NCBI RefSeq assembly: GCF_028641065.1 | Contig: NC_073396.1 | Location: 16,306,001-16,370,000, forward strand | Length of the DNA: 64,000 nt | DNA from: Leucoraja erinacea | Taxonomy: Eukaryota | Reading direction: 5' to 3' | Shown here: piece after piece, positions 49,672-63,859 of the stretch | Position numbering within the stretch: the first letter of the stretch is position 1 | How the letters are laid out: every line of letters starts with the position of its first letter | Program-made: the position numbers and the translations under genes | Notes under the pieces: generated by a model | Told to the model about the DNA's origin: nothing | Seen by the model: the letters and a program-made list of their open reading frames with translations, nothing else | Database searches by the model: none

Positions 49672-52264
49672 AAAGTAGGCAGGTTATCCTAGAATTATAT
49701 AGCGCATTGAAGCGACTACATCTGGACTACAGTGTTCTGTGTTGGCCTCTACATTTAAAACAGCAAGTCAAGCATAGAAAGCATTTCCTAGATGTTTATT
49801 AAACTTACATCCGGATTGGGTGAGTTCTCTTTAGAGGAAGGTCTGGAAAGGTGAGGTTTCACATATTGGAGTTTGGAAGGTTGGAAAGAGAATTGATTGA
49901 GACATAAATCCTGAGGGAGATACAGACATGGAGAGGATATTTGTGGAAGTAACTAAAACATGTGATAATTGTTTATAAATAAAGGATTTTCCATTTAACC
50001 CAGCGATGAGGAGACAACTTGACCTGTCCAAGGATCGCATGTTTTTAGAACCTTTCCTCGATGCATGGTTGAAGCAGAGTGTTTGAATGTTTTAAATTTT
50101 CCTCAATTTTTTGTAGTGGATAAACATACATAATACAGGAATTAGGTTTTTAACAAAAATGAAAATTTGCATTACTTTAACGCCCTGCACTACCTTGGGT
50201 CATCCTATTTTAATTGTAGTTGATGCGTTTCTATTAAATGTTTAGACTGCAGCTGAAAAACCTTTCTACCAGATAAAGTATTCATTGACATTGAAATAAT
50301 ACTCTAAATTTAAAATTTGATCCATTTCAACCCATATGGTCTCTGTCACCACTCCTGTTTTCCTTTTGCCTCACCTTAGCTGTGTTTCCATGGCTAGTAA
50401 CAGGAGAAAGGATGCGCTGACATCAACATGCCACATGTAACAACAACATTACAGCAGAGGGAAAGCAGGTGATATAGATTAGTATTATGGTGAGATTAAT
50501 CACACACTTGGGAAAGACCATCTGGTACCGGCAGGATGTGTATAATTGAGATCTGCACCTAAGCCGTGTGTATTATTTGTAGACATTCAGAGCACAGACA
50601 GAGACACAACTTCACAAAGGCCGCCATCAGCAGAGTCCAATTCTTTGCATCCTCTCCTCCAGTGAATAGCAGGTAATTCAAGGGGACCCAATACTGTTAT
50701 GTGGATTTCTGCACAACACTAGTCTTCCAATCACTTCCATTAAAAAAAGGTCAGTCATAAACAGTCCAAAGAAAGGCAGTCAGCTTTAATTCAAGGTTTC
50801 AGTAAAAGCAGATGTTCCTTTGTAGCCACAGTGATCTAGGCCCACCAATAAAGAAGGCATCCCTCATGAACACTATCAATATAGTCCTTTTTCAATTACA
50901 CTCCACAGTCATTTTACTCATGCTGCCTCATTACACGCAGCCACTTTTTCATCTGAGGGTTGCAATTTTAATGCCAAGCCAAAATTGGAAAGAAAATTGA
51001 GCTCAACAGTAAAGTACCAATGATTGCGATTTATACAAAATTTTACAAACTCCTTGTGCCTTCTCCCAAACGAATCTACACCAACGTTTACCAAAGCTAC
51101 ACACTATACTGTTTTGTGAATTGGGATGAGTTACCTTTGTTGAATATCACAATATGTACAAATAAACATCAGCAGTCAAGCTCACATATATATATATATA
51201 ACTCCTTGCTTTAATTTTATTTTTCTCACTTTGCAGCCAAGTTCAAAAAGTGGATTTCTCCCGAGTCTGGTTTCCTCCCGTATCCCAAAGATATGTAGGG
51301 GGATGGGGTAATAGGGTAACCCCAAAAATGTTGGGGGCTATAATTATCCCCCACTGTAGTTTGCTGGTAGAAATGTGGTAAGAATAAGTCACAAGGTAAA
51401 TTAATTGGGGGGAGGGGGGTGGAGATGAGATTGCTCTGTAGACTTGCACAGATTTGATTAATTGAAAGGCCTTCAGTATCAACAAGAAACATGGACAATG
51501 AGGGAAAGTTAAAATCTATTAATGGTCTCGTTTTTGAAATGATGTGAACGGAAGTATTCATCCTCCCAGGAGGACTGATCAGGCCAATGTTTTAACTAAA
51601 CCAAGACTTTAAAGATGGTAACTCCAGCATTCCCAGAGTATAGCACAAAAGTCAAAGGAAAAAAAAAACGGCAATGCGTTCTTTGTTCTTTTTAAAGTTA
51701 ACTTTTGCTTTCCGACAAATGCATTATGGAAATGACACAGATATAATGGAAGATGATCCATTCATCAACTCAAATGTCAATTTAAAAAAAATCAGATTTT
51801 TAATTTAAATAGTTGTGTAATAAAGGTCACCTCAATTAGGTGGCATTTTAGAAATTAAATGCACCTTTCTTCCTCCAAATTGCAGCTACTTATACTGAAT
51901 GACTGTAATTAAAGTCAATATTAGGCACAGATTTTAAGCATCAATACAGCATTTAAATACCTTATGTACTTTTGCAATGCAGATCTTCTGCAGTTCAGGA
52001 CATACATCCAGGTTTTAATGGTCTTTAGTATTGACATCACGCGCCATGTTCCATATACTCTGTCACCACCTGATTACTATGGTCATTGAGTGCTACTTTC
52101 GGCTGTTTACATGAAGTGTTGATAATGCAGCGTGAATATAAAATATAACTCGTTCACTGTGGGGGTCAATGATTTTACATGAGTGAATCTCGGTACTTTT
52201 AGAAAATGTGACCTATGTCACACTATGGGCTATTAGATCAATATTTGACCACTACAAGATTCAA

Positions 52265-52457
52265 CAGTGGAGAGATACGTTTTTTTTGCCTTCCATCACA
52301 GCGAGGTGGAGATGCGCTGTGATGGATGTCTGTGTAAATTGTGTTGTGTCTTGGGTCTTTTTTTTTCTTGTATGTATGACTGCAGAAACAACATTTCACT
52401 TGAGCCTCTATGAGGTTCAAGTGACAAATAAATTGTATTGTATTGTATTGTATTGTA
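52265..52457 (+). mobile_element. SINE-like 3' fragment with two hairpins and (TATTG)n tail
   Basis: TCCATCACAGCG..CGCTGTGATGGA stem; TCACTTGAGCCTC-TAT-GAGGTTCAAGTGA stem; AATAAA then (TATTG)n. Confidence 0.75.
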
Positions 52458-53639
52458 ACATTGGTTCATATTATTCTGGACCAAGGCTTGAAATGATTCT
52501 GTGAATTATCGTCATATTACAATAAACTAAGGCAACAAAAAAGTGCAGCGAAGCAGCTTGCGAAGCCTTCTTCTGTGTTATATGTTGCACCCCTGGCATC
52601 TACTACCCAAATGTACATAGGGACAGGGAAATAGCAAAAGCTTCAACTTTACCTATAACTCCCACATCATCACGACTTGGAAATATATCCTGATTCTACA
52701 GTACTCCGTCTCTAATACCAATGTTTTCACCTTAAGGACTGCAGCAGTTATAGCTATTTCACACTCATCTCTTCATCGGTAATAGGGATGGAAAATAAAT
52801 GCTTGCCTTGGCAGTGACACTTCCTGGACCCTCCACCCCCACACCCCCCTTTCCCATATTCTCCAACTAAATAACAGGAAATAATTGCTGAAGGGAAGGC
52901 AAAAAAGACTGTTAGGCAAACCTTGTAGTTTGGAAGTTCTGAGGTAGCTAGTGGAGGCTGGCTAGTGATTCTACACACAATGGGATCCCTTAAAGGGATC
53001 CTAAATCCCCTTGTGCTGAAGGGTTATCTTCTACTCCTTCCATTTGTGTCACGTAAACCTTACAAAATCTCTCTTCTGCTGAAGATGCCACCCAGCTGTC
53101 CACTGGGAGATGGAATGCGTTTAAAATACTCCAGTGGCTTGTGATACATCCAGCAACAACAGACAATTTCAACACCCATATTGATTTTTACAACAAACAT
53201 CCTAAAAATAGCCGTTAAAAAGGACAACAAAATACTTGTTTTTTCAAAGATATCTGCAATGTTTTTAATCAACACATATAAACCACACGTGGAGCAACAA
53301 TTCAACAAGGCTCTTCGCCGCCATCCACTCAAGTGCAATTGGGGATGGACAACTATTGATAATCTTGCCAATGATGCTCATCTCCTCAAAAAATAAAATA
53401 AACTGACTGCAAACTTCTGACACACAGCAGAATAATCTAGAGTATGGGGAATAGAAAGGAGATCAGGTGTTAAGATAGGAAGGAATGGAACTGTAAATGG
53501 ATACATTTGAGTGCTTGGGCAATATCCTTAAGAATAATTCACTGGAAGCCAGAATAGCATGATTGGGCGATTTGGAGTTGTGTTCACCAGTCACCGCAAA
53601 CATAACTGGACCGGTCACATTAACATTTTGATTACAACA

Positions 53640-54555
53640 GGAGGTCAGAAACTGTGCAAAAAGTCTGGAAGATTGCTAATGTTCTCTCCTTGTTCAGTAA
53701 GGGCAGTAGGGGTAACCCTTGAAAGTTAAGGCCAGTGAGCCTTACATCAGTGGTAGAGTTGTTGTTGTTGGAGAAGATTCTGAAGGATGAGATTTATAAC
53801 CATAACCTTGAGCAAAAAATTAAATGGCCGGAATAACTCACTGGGTCAGGCAGCATCTATGCAGGGAAATGGACAGAGTTTCAGGTGAGAACCTTTATTC
53901 ATGACTCTGGGAGGACAAATTCTATGATGTCATGTAGCTTAAAGGACAGGGACCTTAGGATCATTGATGTAGAAGAAACCTTGGGGTGTAAGTCCATTGT
54001 TCTCTGAGATTGGTGACACAGGTGCATCAAGTAATGGAAAGGGCAGTTTGTATGCTTGCCTTCAAAGGGTGAGGCCTTGAATGTATGAGTTGTATAAACC
54101 ACTGGTTAGATTCCACTTATAGTGTACATTTCTGCTCACCACAGTATAGGAAGGACATGGTAGCAATAAAATGTTGCCTGGAATGGAGGTCTGTAGTTAT
54201 AATGAAAGATTAGATAGGGTGGGTTTATTTTCATTGGAGGTTTGTAAGTATGAGCGGCACAGATAAAATAGATAGTCAGAATCCTTTCCCCAGGAGAGGA
54301 AAGTCTAGAACTAGATGGCAGAGGTTTAGGGCAAAAGGGGAGACATTTAAAAGAGATCTGAGGGGCATGTTTTTCACAGAGAGGGCGATGAATATTTGGA
54401 ATAAGTTGCCAGAGGAGGAAGTTGAGGATGATATTATTGCAAAGTTTAAAAGTACAGTAATTAGTATAAGAAAAGAGGGAAAAGGGTCTGGCATGGGCAC
54501 ATGAGATTAGTGTTGGTGGACAAAGTGGGCGTGAGGGTCCATTTCTGTACTGGAC
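53640..54555 (+). mobile_element. Old CR1 fragments with a nested minus-strand pLTR (~53810-53905)
   Basis: WKIANVLSLF; KSRTRWQRFRAKGETFKRDLRGMFFTERAMNIWNKLPEE; GGGTCAGGCAGCATCTATG. Confidence 0.7.
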
Positions 54556-54799
54556 ATTTTCATGATCCACATTATGTCCCCCAACTTTCAAATAACTTTC
54601 TTCCATGCACAGTGCATTAGGTAGAATATACTCTTCCATCAACTTGGCTGAGTATAGCTCCAAAAACACTCAAGAAGTACAAGATCCAGGAGCAAGAAAA
54701 CCTGCTTGGCATTCAACCAACCGTATCATTCACTCCCAACATGACAACAAACAATGCAATAGAATAATTCACTAATGCTTCTTCAATAATACTTTCTAA

Positions 54800-54897
54800 T
54801 TCCTTCTCTCCAGAGATGCTGCCTCACCCGCTGAGTTACTCCAGCATTTTGTGTCTACCCTCGATTTAAACCAGCATCTGCAGTTCATTCTTACACA
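54800..54897 (+). mobile_element. pLTR copy starting just downstream of the hammerhead-like core
   Basis: TTCCTTCTCTCCAGAGATGCTGCCTCACCCGCTGAGTTACTCCAGCATTTTGTGTCTACC..GCATCTGCAGTTC. Confidence 0.8.
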
Positions 54898-55160
54898 TGA
54901 TTCCCGTCATGTACTGATACTGAGTATTCCTAATCAGGTTAGGATTTGTGAACAGGCTAATTACTATGTGCTTAAATATGGATTTTAGCAGTTTTTCCAG
55001 CAACAGGTCAACACATCTAAAATATAATTCTCTATTTTGTCCTTCCTGCTTTCTTCAATAGCAGTGAAAAAAAAATGTTCTTTTGAATCTGCTATAAATG
55101 TTCCAGAATTTTTAAATATCATAACTAATGCATTCACTGAATCAAGTCACATTCCCAACT

Positions 55161-55254
55161 TGTGTAGGAATGATTTAAATCGAAGGTAGACACAAAATGC
55201 TGGAGTAATCTAGAGATGCTGCCTATCCAGCTGAGTTACTCCAGCATTTTGTGT
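55161..55254. mobile_element. Short hairpin pLTR-derived element
   Basis: Inverted arms GACACAAAATGCTGGAGTAA / TTACTCCAGCATTTTGTGTC; flanks CACATTCCCAACTT / CACATTCTGATCTT. Confidence 0.75.
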
Positions 55255-56897
55255 CCACATTCTGATCTTGTTGCATTGCAGGCCATTCATTCAAGGGCAT
55301 TTGCCTGGTTTTACTTCTCTTTTCTCCAGTACTTTCCCATCAATAAAAAAATAATTTCTTTATGTTCCCCACTGTAACCTTGGTTCTTTGTTATGTTCTA
55401 TTTATTGTACCATCTGCAGCGAACACAGATACAATGTATCCCTTAACCATTTTAATATTCCCCACTACCATCTTTTCATTATTTTGTGGCCAACATTTAG
55501 GTTTGCTATTTTCTTCTTTTATTCTATTGTTATGGATACTCATGTTATTTTTTGTTCATATTTCCTGTTCACTTATTTCCATATTCTATATCCTTTCATT
55601 TCATTTAGTAATTGCTGCTTTCTGAAATTCCCCACATGATCTGGCTTTCATGGTAAGACTTTAATCCATCATATCCTTAACCTCAATTATTCACAAATGG
55701 AACATTTTATTACAGAAGGTTTTTCGTTCTCAATGGAATGTAAATGAGTAGAGAATTCTGAAATATTTCTGTAATACTTCCCTTTCAAAAAAATATTGGC
55801 AAACCATTCTCAATCTATCTATGCAAATTCACTCCCCCTATTTAAATTACTGCCGTTAAAGTTCAGGACATTATTCCAGAAAACCCTCCCAGTTGCATTT
55901 TGTAAATTAACCTTTTAAACTACCTTTGACAATTTGATTTGCACAATCTATATAATGTTTAAAGTCCCTCGTGATTATTGTATTACCTTTGCTACATGAT
56001 CTTTTTTAATCTCTCTCGCACTGAAATACCATTATTCCTTGTTCTCTCTTTCCGCCCACATTAATTATATTTCCTCCTTCTCTGGGCCACGACCATACCC
56101 CACTGCTGCTTTTATGCCATCCGTTATTAAAAGGGCAAATACTGTTACCCACTTTTTCATTTTGCCCGTTCGTTCCAAACATCCATCCTGGAATATGTAT
56201 ACTGGACACGTGCAACTGTATTTGGGTTTATAGGTTGGACCGATTTGTATTATTGGTTCACTTAATTTGTTATGTATATGATTAATTCAGCAACGTTTTT
56301 AACTTTTACTTAAATTTACTTTGTTGATGCACTATTAAACTCTGCCATTTCCTGTCTCACTGGTTATCTACTTTGTTCTATAATTTTTTTTTGATCGTTC
56401 GTCTTAAATCTATCACCTTCTGTCATCTGGCACCCCTTCCTCTTGTCTCCTGCTATCAGCTTAATGCTTTGTAGATTTCTTTAGTTACCTGATTCATCAG
56501 GATATGATGTGTCCAGCTTAAACACAGCATTCCAATGGAAGAGTTCTCCTCCCATTTCCCAGTCCCCCAGAACTGCTGCCAATGTCAAAAGAATAAAGAC
56601 CTTTCCGCTCATCTAACATCTAAGTCAACATAGAGTGACAGAAAAAGGAACAGTACAAGAGATTTAATGGCTTGGATCTTACCAATATTCAATTGAAGAA
56701 AATATTTGCTCATCCAATGATATCAGATTCAGCTGTTTGACAATATGGAGACAGAAGGGAAGAAAGTGGATTTTTCTGAATAATGTAATGTGGAAAAAAT
56801 ATGCAATGACCAGCGGTCATTGGGGAACTCCAGAGGTTGTCGTGTGAAAGTGGATAGAGAACACAAACATTATGGAGGGCATTGTATCTGCTACTCG

Positions 56898-57850
56898 ACC
56901 ATGTACCTGTACTCCTAGATCCCTCTGCACTACAACACTACCCAGAGGCCTACCATTTACTGTGTATGTCCTGCCCTTGTTCGACATCCCAAAATTCAAC
57001 ACCCCATACTTTTCTGTTAAATTCCATCAACCATTCCTCCGCCCACCTGGCCAATCGATCCAAATCCTGCTGCAATCTTTCGTAACCATCTTCAGTATCT
57101 GCAAAACCACTAACTTTTGTATCATCAGCAAACTTTCTTGTATGTATGACTGCAGAAACAACATTTCACTTGAGCCTCTATGAGGTTCAAGTGACAAATA
57201 AATTGTATTGTATTGTATTGTAATCATGCCCCCCTGTATGTTCTCATCCAAATCATTGCTGTAGATGACAAACAGTAACGGGCCCAGCACCGAACCCTGA
57301 GGCACACCACTAGTCACAGGCCTCCAGTCTGAGAAACAACCTTCCACCATCACCCTTTGCTTCCTTCCATGGAGCCAATTTACCATCCGTTCAGCTATCT
57401 CTCCTTGGATCGATCTAACCTTCCAGAGCAACCTACCATGCGGAACCTTGTCGAACGCCTAACTGAAGTCCATGTACACAACATCTGCAGCTCTGCCCGC
57501 ATCAACCTTTTTGGTCACGTCTTCAAAAACATAATTCAGATTTGTGCGACACAACCTTCCACGGACAAAACCACGCTGACTATCCCTAATTAGCCCTTAC
57601 CCATCCAAATGCCTGTTTAACCTATCCCTCAGAATACTCTCCAGTAGTTTACCAACTACAGATGTTAACCTCACCAGCCTATCGTTCCCAGCATTTTACC
57701 TGCAGCCTTTCTTGAAAAGAGGCACAACATTTGCCACCCTCCAGTCTTCCAGCGCCTCTCCTGTATTTAAGGACGACTTGTAAATTTCAACCATGGCTCC
57801 CGCAATTTCCTCTCTAGTTTCCCGTAATGTCCTTGGATATATTTGATCCA
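56898..57850 (-). mobile_element. CR1 LINE RT region
   Basis: [55 protein letters not shown]. Confidence 0.92.
57134..57222 (+). mobile_element. Tail-only retroposon insertion inside CR1
   Basis: Identical to the 3' end of 52265-52457, including the hairpin and (TATTG)n. Confidence 0.85.
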
Positions 57851-59209
57851 CCGATTTTGTCACCAACTCCTTGGAGATTATCGTAACCCTGATACTGGGC
57901 AGACTTTCATACCCCTTGTAAGAATTGAAAAAATATAGAATTTTTCCACTCCTCCAGAGAACTATATTTTTCCTGTACATTCTTTTGCAGCCCCACATTT
58001 CTGTGACAGAAATGCGAGCAATGTGATTGTTCCAGACGTAAGGCACATTCCAATTTTATTATATTTATTGATAAGACGAAGAGAGTCCCTCAGAACATAA
58101 CATCGCTGTACTGAAAACTCAAATATAATCATTAGGGTCAGCTCTCTCCAAATACTTGCTATATGTAGCACATCTAATCAGTTGTACTGAGAGGCAGCAC
58201 ATGGAAATCGTTCAAAAGAAGCAGAAAGCCATTAAAAGGAAGCTGTTTCGTAAATACATAGAAGTGCTATTTCAGGTTGTTTTTAGTTACACCCTTTGAA
58301 CATGACAATTCCTGCAAAATATCCGAGGGGAAAAGGGGAATCTTTTTATATAACAGACACTGCGGGGGAAAATTGTTCATACGGATTAAAATAAATCAGA
58401 CACTGAAGATCTGTAGTAAAAGCAGAAGCTACTGGGATTAACGAGGGGTTACATGCAAAACAGTAGCTCATGTGCTACTGAACGTGATTCACGTGTACAT
58501 TGAAACAAAAAGAAATTTATGTGGCAGAGGTGGGCTCAGCGTAGTTTGTTATCACTTAGCAACAATCTTATCACATTGGTCGACATCAGTATAAGTACTG
58601 ATACATCCTACACGCTAGGTGCAGCTGCAGGGCCAACTCGTAATATGCATTGACTGAGTGGCAGTGAGCCGATTTCATTTGCTGAAGCTCAGGATTATTG
58701 CCTTACTGTTTGTCCTACAAAAGAAGCTCAGGGATTTTCTCAGTTTACTCTCGTTCCTGATCCTTTAGGAAGATAACTCCTCATGGCACAAGGTCAATGC
58801 AAGGCTGGTGATGTTGGCAGTAACCTCACACAAGCACAAGTTTATCTCATTCACTTCAGAACAAAAGAAGAACATAGCCACATTGCCCCTGGGAGCTCAG
58901 GGGAAGAGTTTTATATGGATCAATGCTTTCTCATTGCCTTCTCTTCTCCTCACTATCAGAGAAGCATGCACAATGTGCTCATGGGATTGTGGCCCTGCCT
59001 GAAAGCTTGCACAAAATCTGAGATTTTATTATATTCTCCAGGTGGATATGTGTCTACCAGCTGAATGACAATCTGTTCGCTTCTGTGAAATGAAAGTTAC
59101 TTTCAAACATTTTGCAATTTGTTTTGAAATCTATCTCAAATTGTTAACACTGTATGACACTCGACCTACAGATAAAATTAGACATAAAGACTTGTTCTCA
59201 TTCATTGTA

Positions 59210-60312
59210 ATTTCAGGAAACTCCAAACTGCCTTGCAACCAACAAAATACTCTTCAAGTGTAACCTCTATTGTTAGTAGTAAATGAGGCTGTCAGTTAAC
59301 TGCAATGTTCCACAAACTGCAGAGAGATAACTGAACATCTAATGCTGCCTGAGGAATCAATATTGGCCAGAATTCCCCTCTATATCCCAAAAGAGGATCT
59401 AGGTTTAACATCTAATCCAAATGCAAGCACCTCAGACCAAGCTGCATTCCTCAAGTTGTGCACTGGAGTGTCAATCTAATGGGCATGTCCCACTTAGGTG
59501 ATTTTTCAGCGGACCGGTGACTGTCAAGTTGCCGGTAGTCGCCTGAAAAACCGGGAACTGGAACGGCGAATGTCAGAGTGGAAAACACAAACACATCGCA
59601 AATGGCGGGGGCCAGGGCAAGCGGGGGGAGCGCTGTCTGAAATTCACACGGTGCAAAGCCAAGGTGATACAGACACACACCGCGATGAACAGGAAGGTTG
59701 GTGCTGTAATTAAGACGGCTAGCACAGTGTACGGTGAGCCCTTTAAATGAGGGGGGAGAGGGGGGGGCGGGGGAAAGGGAGAAGGAGTGGAGACAACTTT
59801 TAAGAAGCCAGCCAACTTTTAATAAGCCAGAGATACACAGCTGTGAAGTTTGGCGGACATTTAACATATTACCGGTTGGTTATCCTTCGTTCTGAAAACT
59901 ACTGCTTACGTTTTTTTCCTACAATGAGCCAATGAAATTCAACGGTCAGCACCGGCTACAACCAACGCGAACCTTCGACCTCCTGGCAACCCACTACGAC
60001 CTCCTGGAAACCCACCTATGGCTCGAGAATTCTCGCTACTCCCCATGGCGGCTTCATTATAGTCGCCGCAAATGTTTCAACCAATTGAAATTCTCGGCGA
60101 CCATAATGAAGCCGCAACTAGTTCCAAGAATTTAGGAAATCCTCACGACCATGAAGGCGACTCCACAGCCACCATCCACAAACATGTGGCGACTGCATAG
60201 TCTCCTGCAGTCACCTAAGTGGGACAGGCCCATAATTTACAGGCTGAAATTTCTGGAGCAGGAATTGAACATGCAATTTCTGACATCAGTGAGAAAGTTA
60301 CCTCCTGATCCA
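59210..60312 (-). mobile_element. Ancient Deu-domain SINE relic split by MITE copy 3
   Basis: AATATTGGCCAG..GGTTTAACATCTAATCCAAA..GCACCTC..TGCACTGGAGTGTCAATCT[MITE]..CTGGAGCAGGAATTGAAC. Confidence 0.55.
59480..60232. mobile_element. PIF/Harbinger-type MITE, copy 3
   Basis: TAA|TGGGCATGTCCCACTTAGG..CCTAAGTGGGACAGGCCCA|TAA; perfect 3-bp TAA TSD. Confidence 0.92.
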
Positions 60313-61234
60313 AGATGCACATCAAGCATTATCACTGCCTTTGGATGCTGAGGGAATAAGAAATGCAATGGTCATCTTTTGTGCTCTGCATTTACATGGC
60401 CGGTGGACTTTCAAGATCAAGGTAGAGGCGGGTATTATCACGGCAATTAATAGACAGTTGGCAGGTACATGGATAGGAGGGATATGGGCCAGATGCAGAC
60501 AAATAGGTGAGGTCGGTCAGATCAATAGCACGCGGTGTGGTTGTAATAGGCTTTGATTGGGGTTGTAAAGGATAACATATTGCTGTAAACACATATTGAG
60601 CTTTGTTATGCTGTAATGTTGTTTACTGGGGTATTTGTTTCCTTGACTGAAATGCCCACAGATAGAACAAAAAAGATGAAAGAATTCCAATCTCTGTATT
60701 TATGAACAAATTATACATTTCAAAACCAAAATCCTTTGCCAAATATTCAGTCAATCTGATATGTTTGCACAAAAGGGAAAACTGATACAAACTAGAACTC
60801 TTTCATTGTGCATAAAATTGAGAGGTCAATTAAGGGCCATCCTATAAACATCACAACAAACCACTGGTCCCTTGACATTGACATTGACACCGTTGTGGGA
60901 CTCAGGCAGTTTAGTTTGTGGTCGCTGCATTGAAATCAATACAAAAATAACAAGATGTGCATCAAATACCACAATTACTTTATATGCTCACATTAGGCAG
61001 CCCTCTACTTTATTGTTACCAGTTTTAATCTTCATCAATGCAACACAAATTACTTGAGTAACCTAGCTGGTTAATTCAGTAAACAGCGAAGCCACAAATT
61101 CTACGAATGCGCACCCTTCATCCTCAATCTGTGGACTCTGGTTAAGGCAAGCAAAAGTAGGGGAAACTACCACTCAGAAAGGCAACTTCGTGGAGAGAAC
61201 TGGGACCATCAATGACACTAATGCTCATAATTAG

Positions 61235-62220
61235 TGTCAGAGTTGTACAGCAGAGGGGCAGGCCCTTTGGCCACTTCTTCAATGCTGACCGCCATACCTG
61301 TCTGCATTAATCCCACTCGCCTGCATTAATTTCACATCCCTTTACAACCTGCTCATTTAAGTACCAGTCCAGTGGCTTCTTAAGTGTTGTTACTACTCCT
61401 GCCTCTACCATTGTTCATTCCAGATACCAACTCCTCATTATGTGACAAATTTACTCCTCAGATTTTCTATAAACCCTCTTCCTCTTACCTCAAACCCATG
61501 CCTTCTAGAATCATGGTGTCACAGCATGAAAATAGACCCTACTTGTCCGTGCCCAACCAAGCTAGTCCCATTTGCCTGTGTTTGCTCCATATGCCTCTAA
61601 ACCTTTCCTATCCATGTACTTGCCCAAATAACCTTGCCTGCCTCAACTACTTTCTCTGGCAGCACACTCCATATATCCACTACCCTCTGTGTGAAAAGGT
61701 TGCCCATCAGTTTCCAATTCAATCTTTCCCCTCTCACCTTAAACCTATATCCTCTCATTCATGATCCCCCTGTACTGGGAAAATAACTCTTGTACATCCA
61801 CCCTATCTATTTCCCTCATGATTTAATACAAATCTGTAGGATCACCTCTCAGCCTCCTGCAATCCAAGGAATAAAGTCCTCTAGCCTGCCCAAACTCTCC
61901 CTCTAGCTCAGACAACATCCCTGTAAATCTTCTCTGCACCTCTGCAGCCCAATGGCATCCCTCCCACAGGACCAAAGCTGAACACAATAGCCCAGTCATG
62001 CACAACTGCAACACAACATCCCAACTTCTATTCTCAATCCCTCAATCAATGAAAGCCACCGTGCCAAATGTCTTCTCCACTACCCTATCCACATGCAATG
62101 TCACATAGAAGGAACTAGCTGTATTTTCCACTGTGAAGATCTTGTCCTGGTCTGACTCCCCAAAATACAATACTTCATCAGCAACTACAACACGTATCTG
62201 AACCGAACTTCATCAGCCAT
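61235..62220 (-). mobile_element. Two tandem old CR1 3' ends
   Basis: EVQRRFTGML..GLYSLDCRRLRGD; 3'UTR motifs repeated at ~61240-61500 and ~61507-61800. Confidence 0.75.
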
Positions 62221-62719
62221 CGTTGTTCATCCAGGCTTTTCTGCATGTGAGCATAGATTACTTCATTTTCTGAAGCATTGTCAATGGAGTTGAGGAGCTG
62301 TAAATCTAGGAGAATGATAGCAGAACTAAGCATGTATATTGATCATAAAAGATCGACAGGCTAGGGATCTTTTCTCGTGGGAGTGGAAGTCCAGGGTAAG
62401 CAATGACAGAAATATTTAAGATGACTAATGGGAATGACAGGGGAGATGTAGAGAAGATGACATTTATGAATGACTAAAATGTCATTAATATTTTTTTTAA
62501 AAAGCCTTCATAAATCCAGTGAGTAATTCAAGAGAACCTTCTTTCCTCAGAAAATTATAACATGTGGAACTCATTATTGTTTAGAGTTATTGAGACAAAT
62601 GGCAGAGCTTCTTTTGAATGGAACATGGATAAGTTAATGAGGGAGAAAGGAATTAGAAGGATACGCTAGAGGGTTAGTTAAAATATAATTAAGATATATG
62701 CACTAGCAGAGGCTGGCAT

Positions 62720-63700
62720 TGGGCCTACCCTATGCATCTAACCCATTGACAAATACAGAGGAAATAAATCAGAGAAATCATGAAGAAATGACTTCAGTCT
62801 CATAGACAATACAGCAGGAGTTTATGCTGATCTAAGAAACGGTAAACGTCACTATTTTCAAGAAAGGAGATCAATCTAAGTGTGGAACTTTGTGTGGCTA
62901 CTCTCTTCATTCCATTTCGGGGAAGCTCCATGCCTGAATTCACTTTGACAGACTTGTTCTCTCTGAAGAAATCATGCTGGAGTTACACTATCACCTTAAG
63001 ATTAACGAGAACGTAATCTTTGCGGCTAGGCAAATCCAAGGGAAATGTTAAGAGAGATTGTTTGTCGTTTTTATTGATGACTCAAAGACCTTTCACACTG
63101 TTAACCATGTGGCAACTGCTGCATAGGTTAGGCTGCTACCTCTTACATAATCATTTGACCACCACGGACTTCAGCAGTAGTTTAAAGATGCATTCTTTGG
63201 CCATAGGTATCAGTCAAGCAAGGCTGTGCTATTGCCCAAAACCCCTTTCTTGTATCCATCCTGTTCTTCATTGTTCCGCTAACAATTACCACTGAGTACC
63301 AAGTAGACAGGAACCATTTCTGTCAGCACGTTGTACAAAACCAAGAGAACATTGTTAAACTTGTGTATGCTGCAGTAACACACAAAGAAAGGTGCAAAGA
63401 TCATTCCAAAACTCTTTGCCAATATATACAAATGCCTAGGACTCACCATCAAAACAATAGTATCCCATCAACTAGCTTCTGGCCAACTCACACCACAACA
63501 TAAATAAAGATTTATGCACAAAAAATGAAAATGTGGCACACTTTGTTTACCGATGTAGCTTAGTTTCCCAAGAAGCACAAAGATATCCCACACAGGATGA
63601 GGAGCACAAGACATAACAATGGGAATCAACACACTATTTTTTCAACCTCACTACCCAAGCAAGCTCTATGTGTACGTATGCACGCAGTCCTGATGCAGGG
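62720..63700 (+). mobile_element. Ancient RTE-clade LINE RT remnant
   Basis: VTIFKKGDQSKCG..SISGKL..FDRLV..EEIMLE; later LGLTI and ENVAHFVY, resembling RTE GLTIN and ENVDHFPYLGS. Confidence 0.6.
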
Positions 63701-63859
63701 GTGCTGCCTGAAATGTCCTCCAGCAGATTGTTGCTCCAGATTTCAGTATTGCAATCTCTTGCCTCCGTGTACAATGCTGCAGTCATACCAACCCTGCGTT
63801 CTACCTTACTTTGAGGAAGGGGGGGGGGGGGGGAGGGCGGGAGGTTTGAAGGTGTATAT

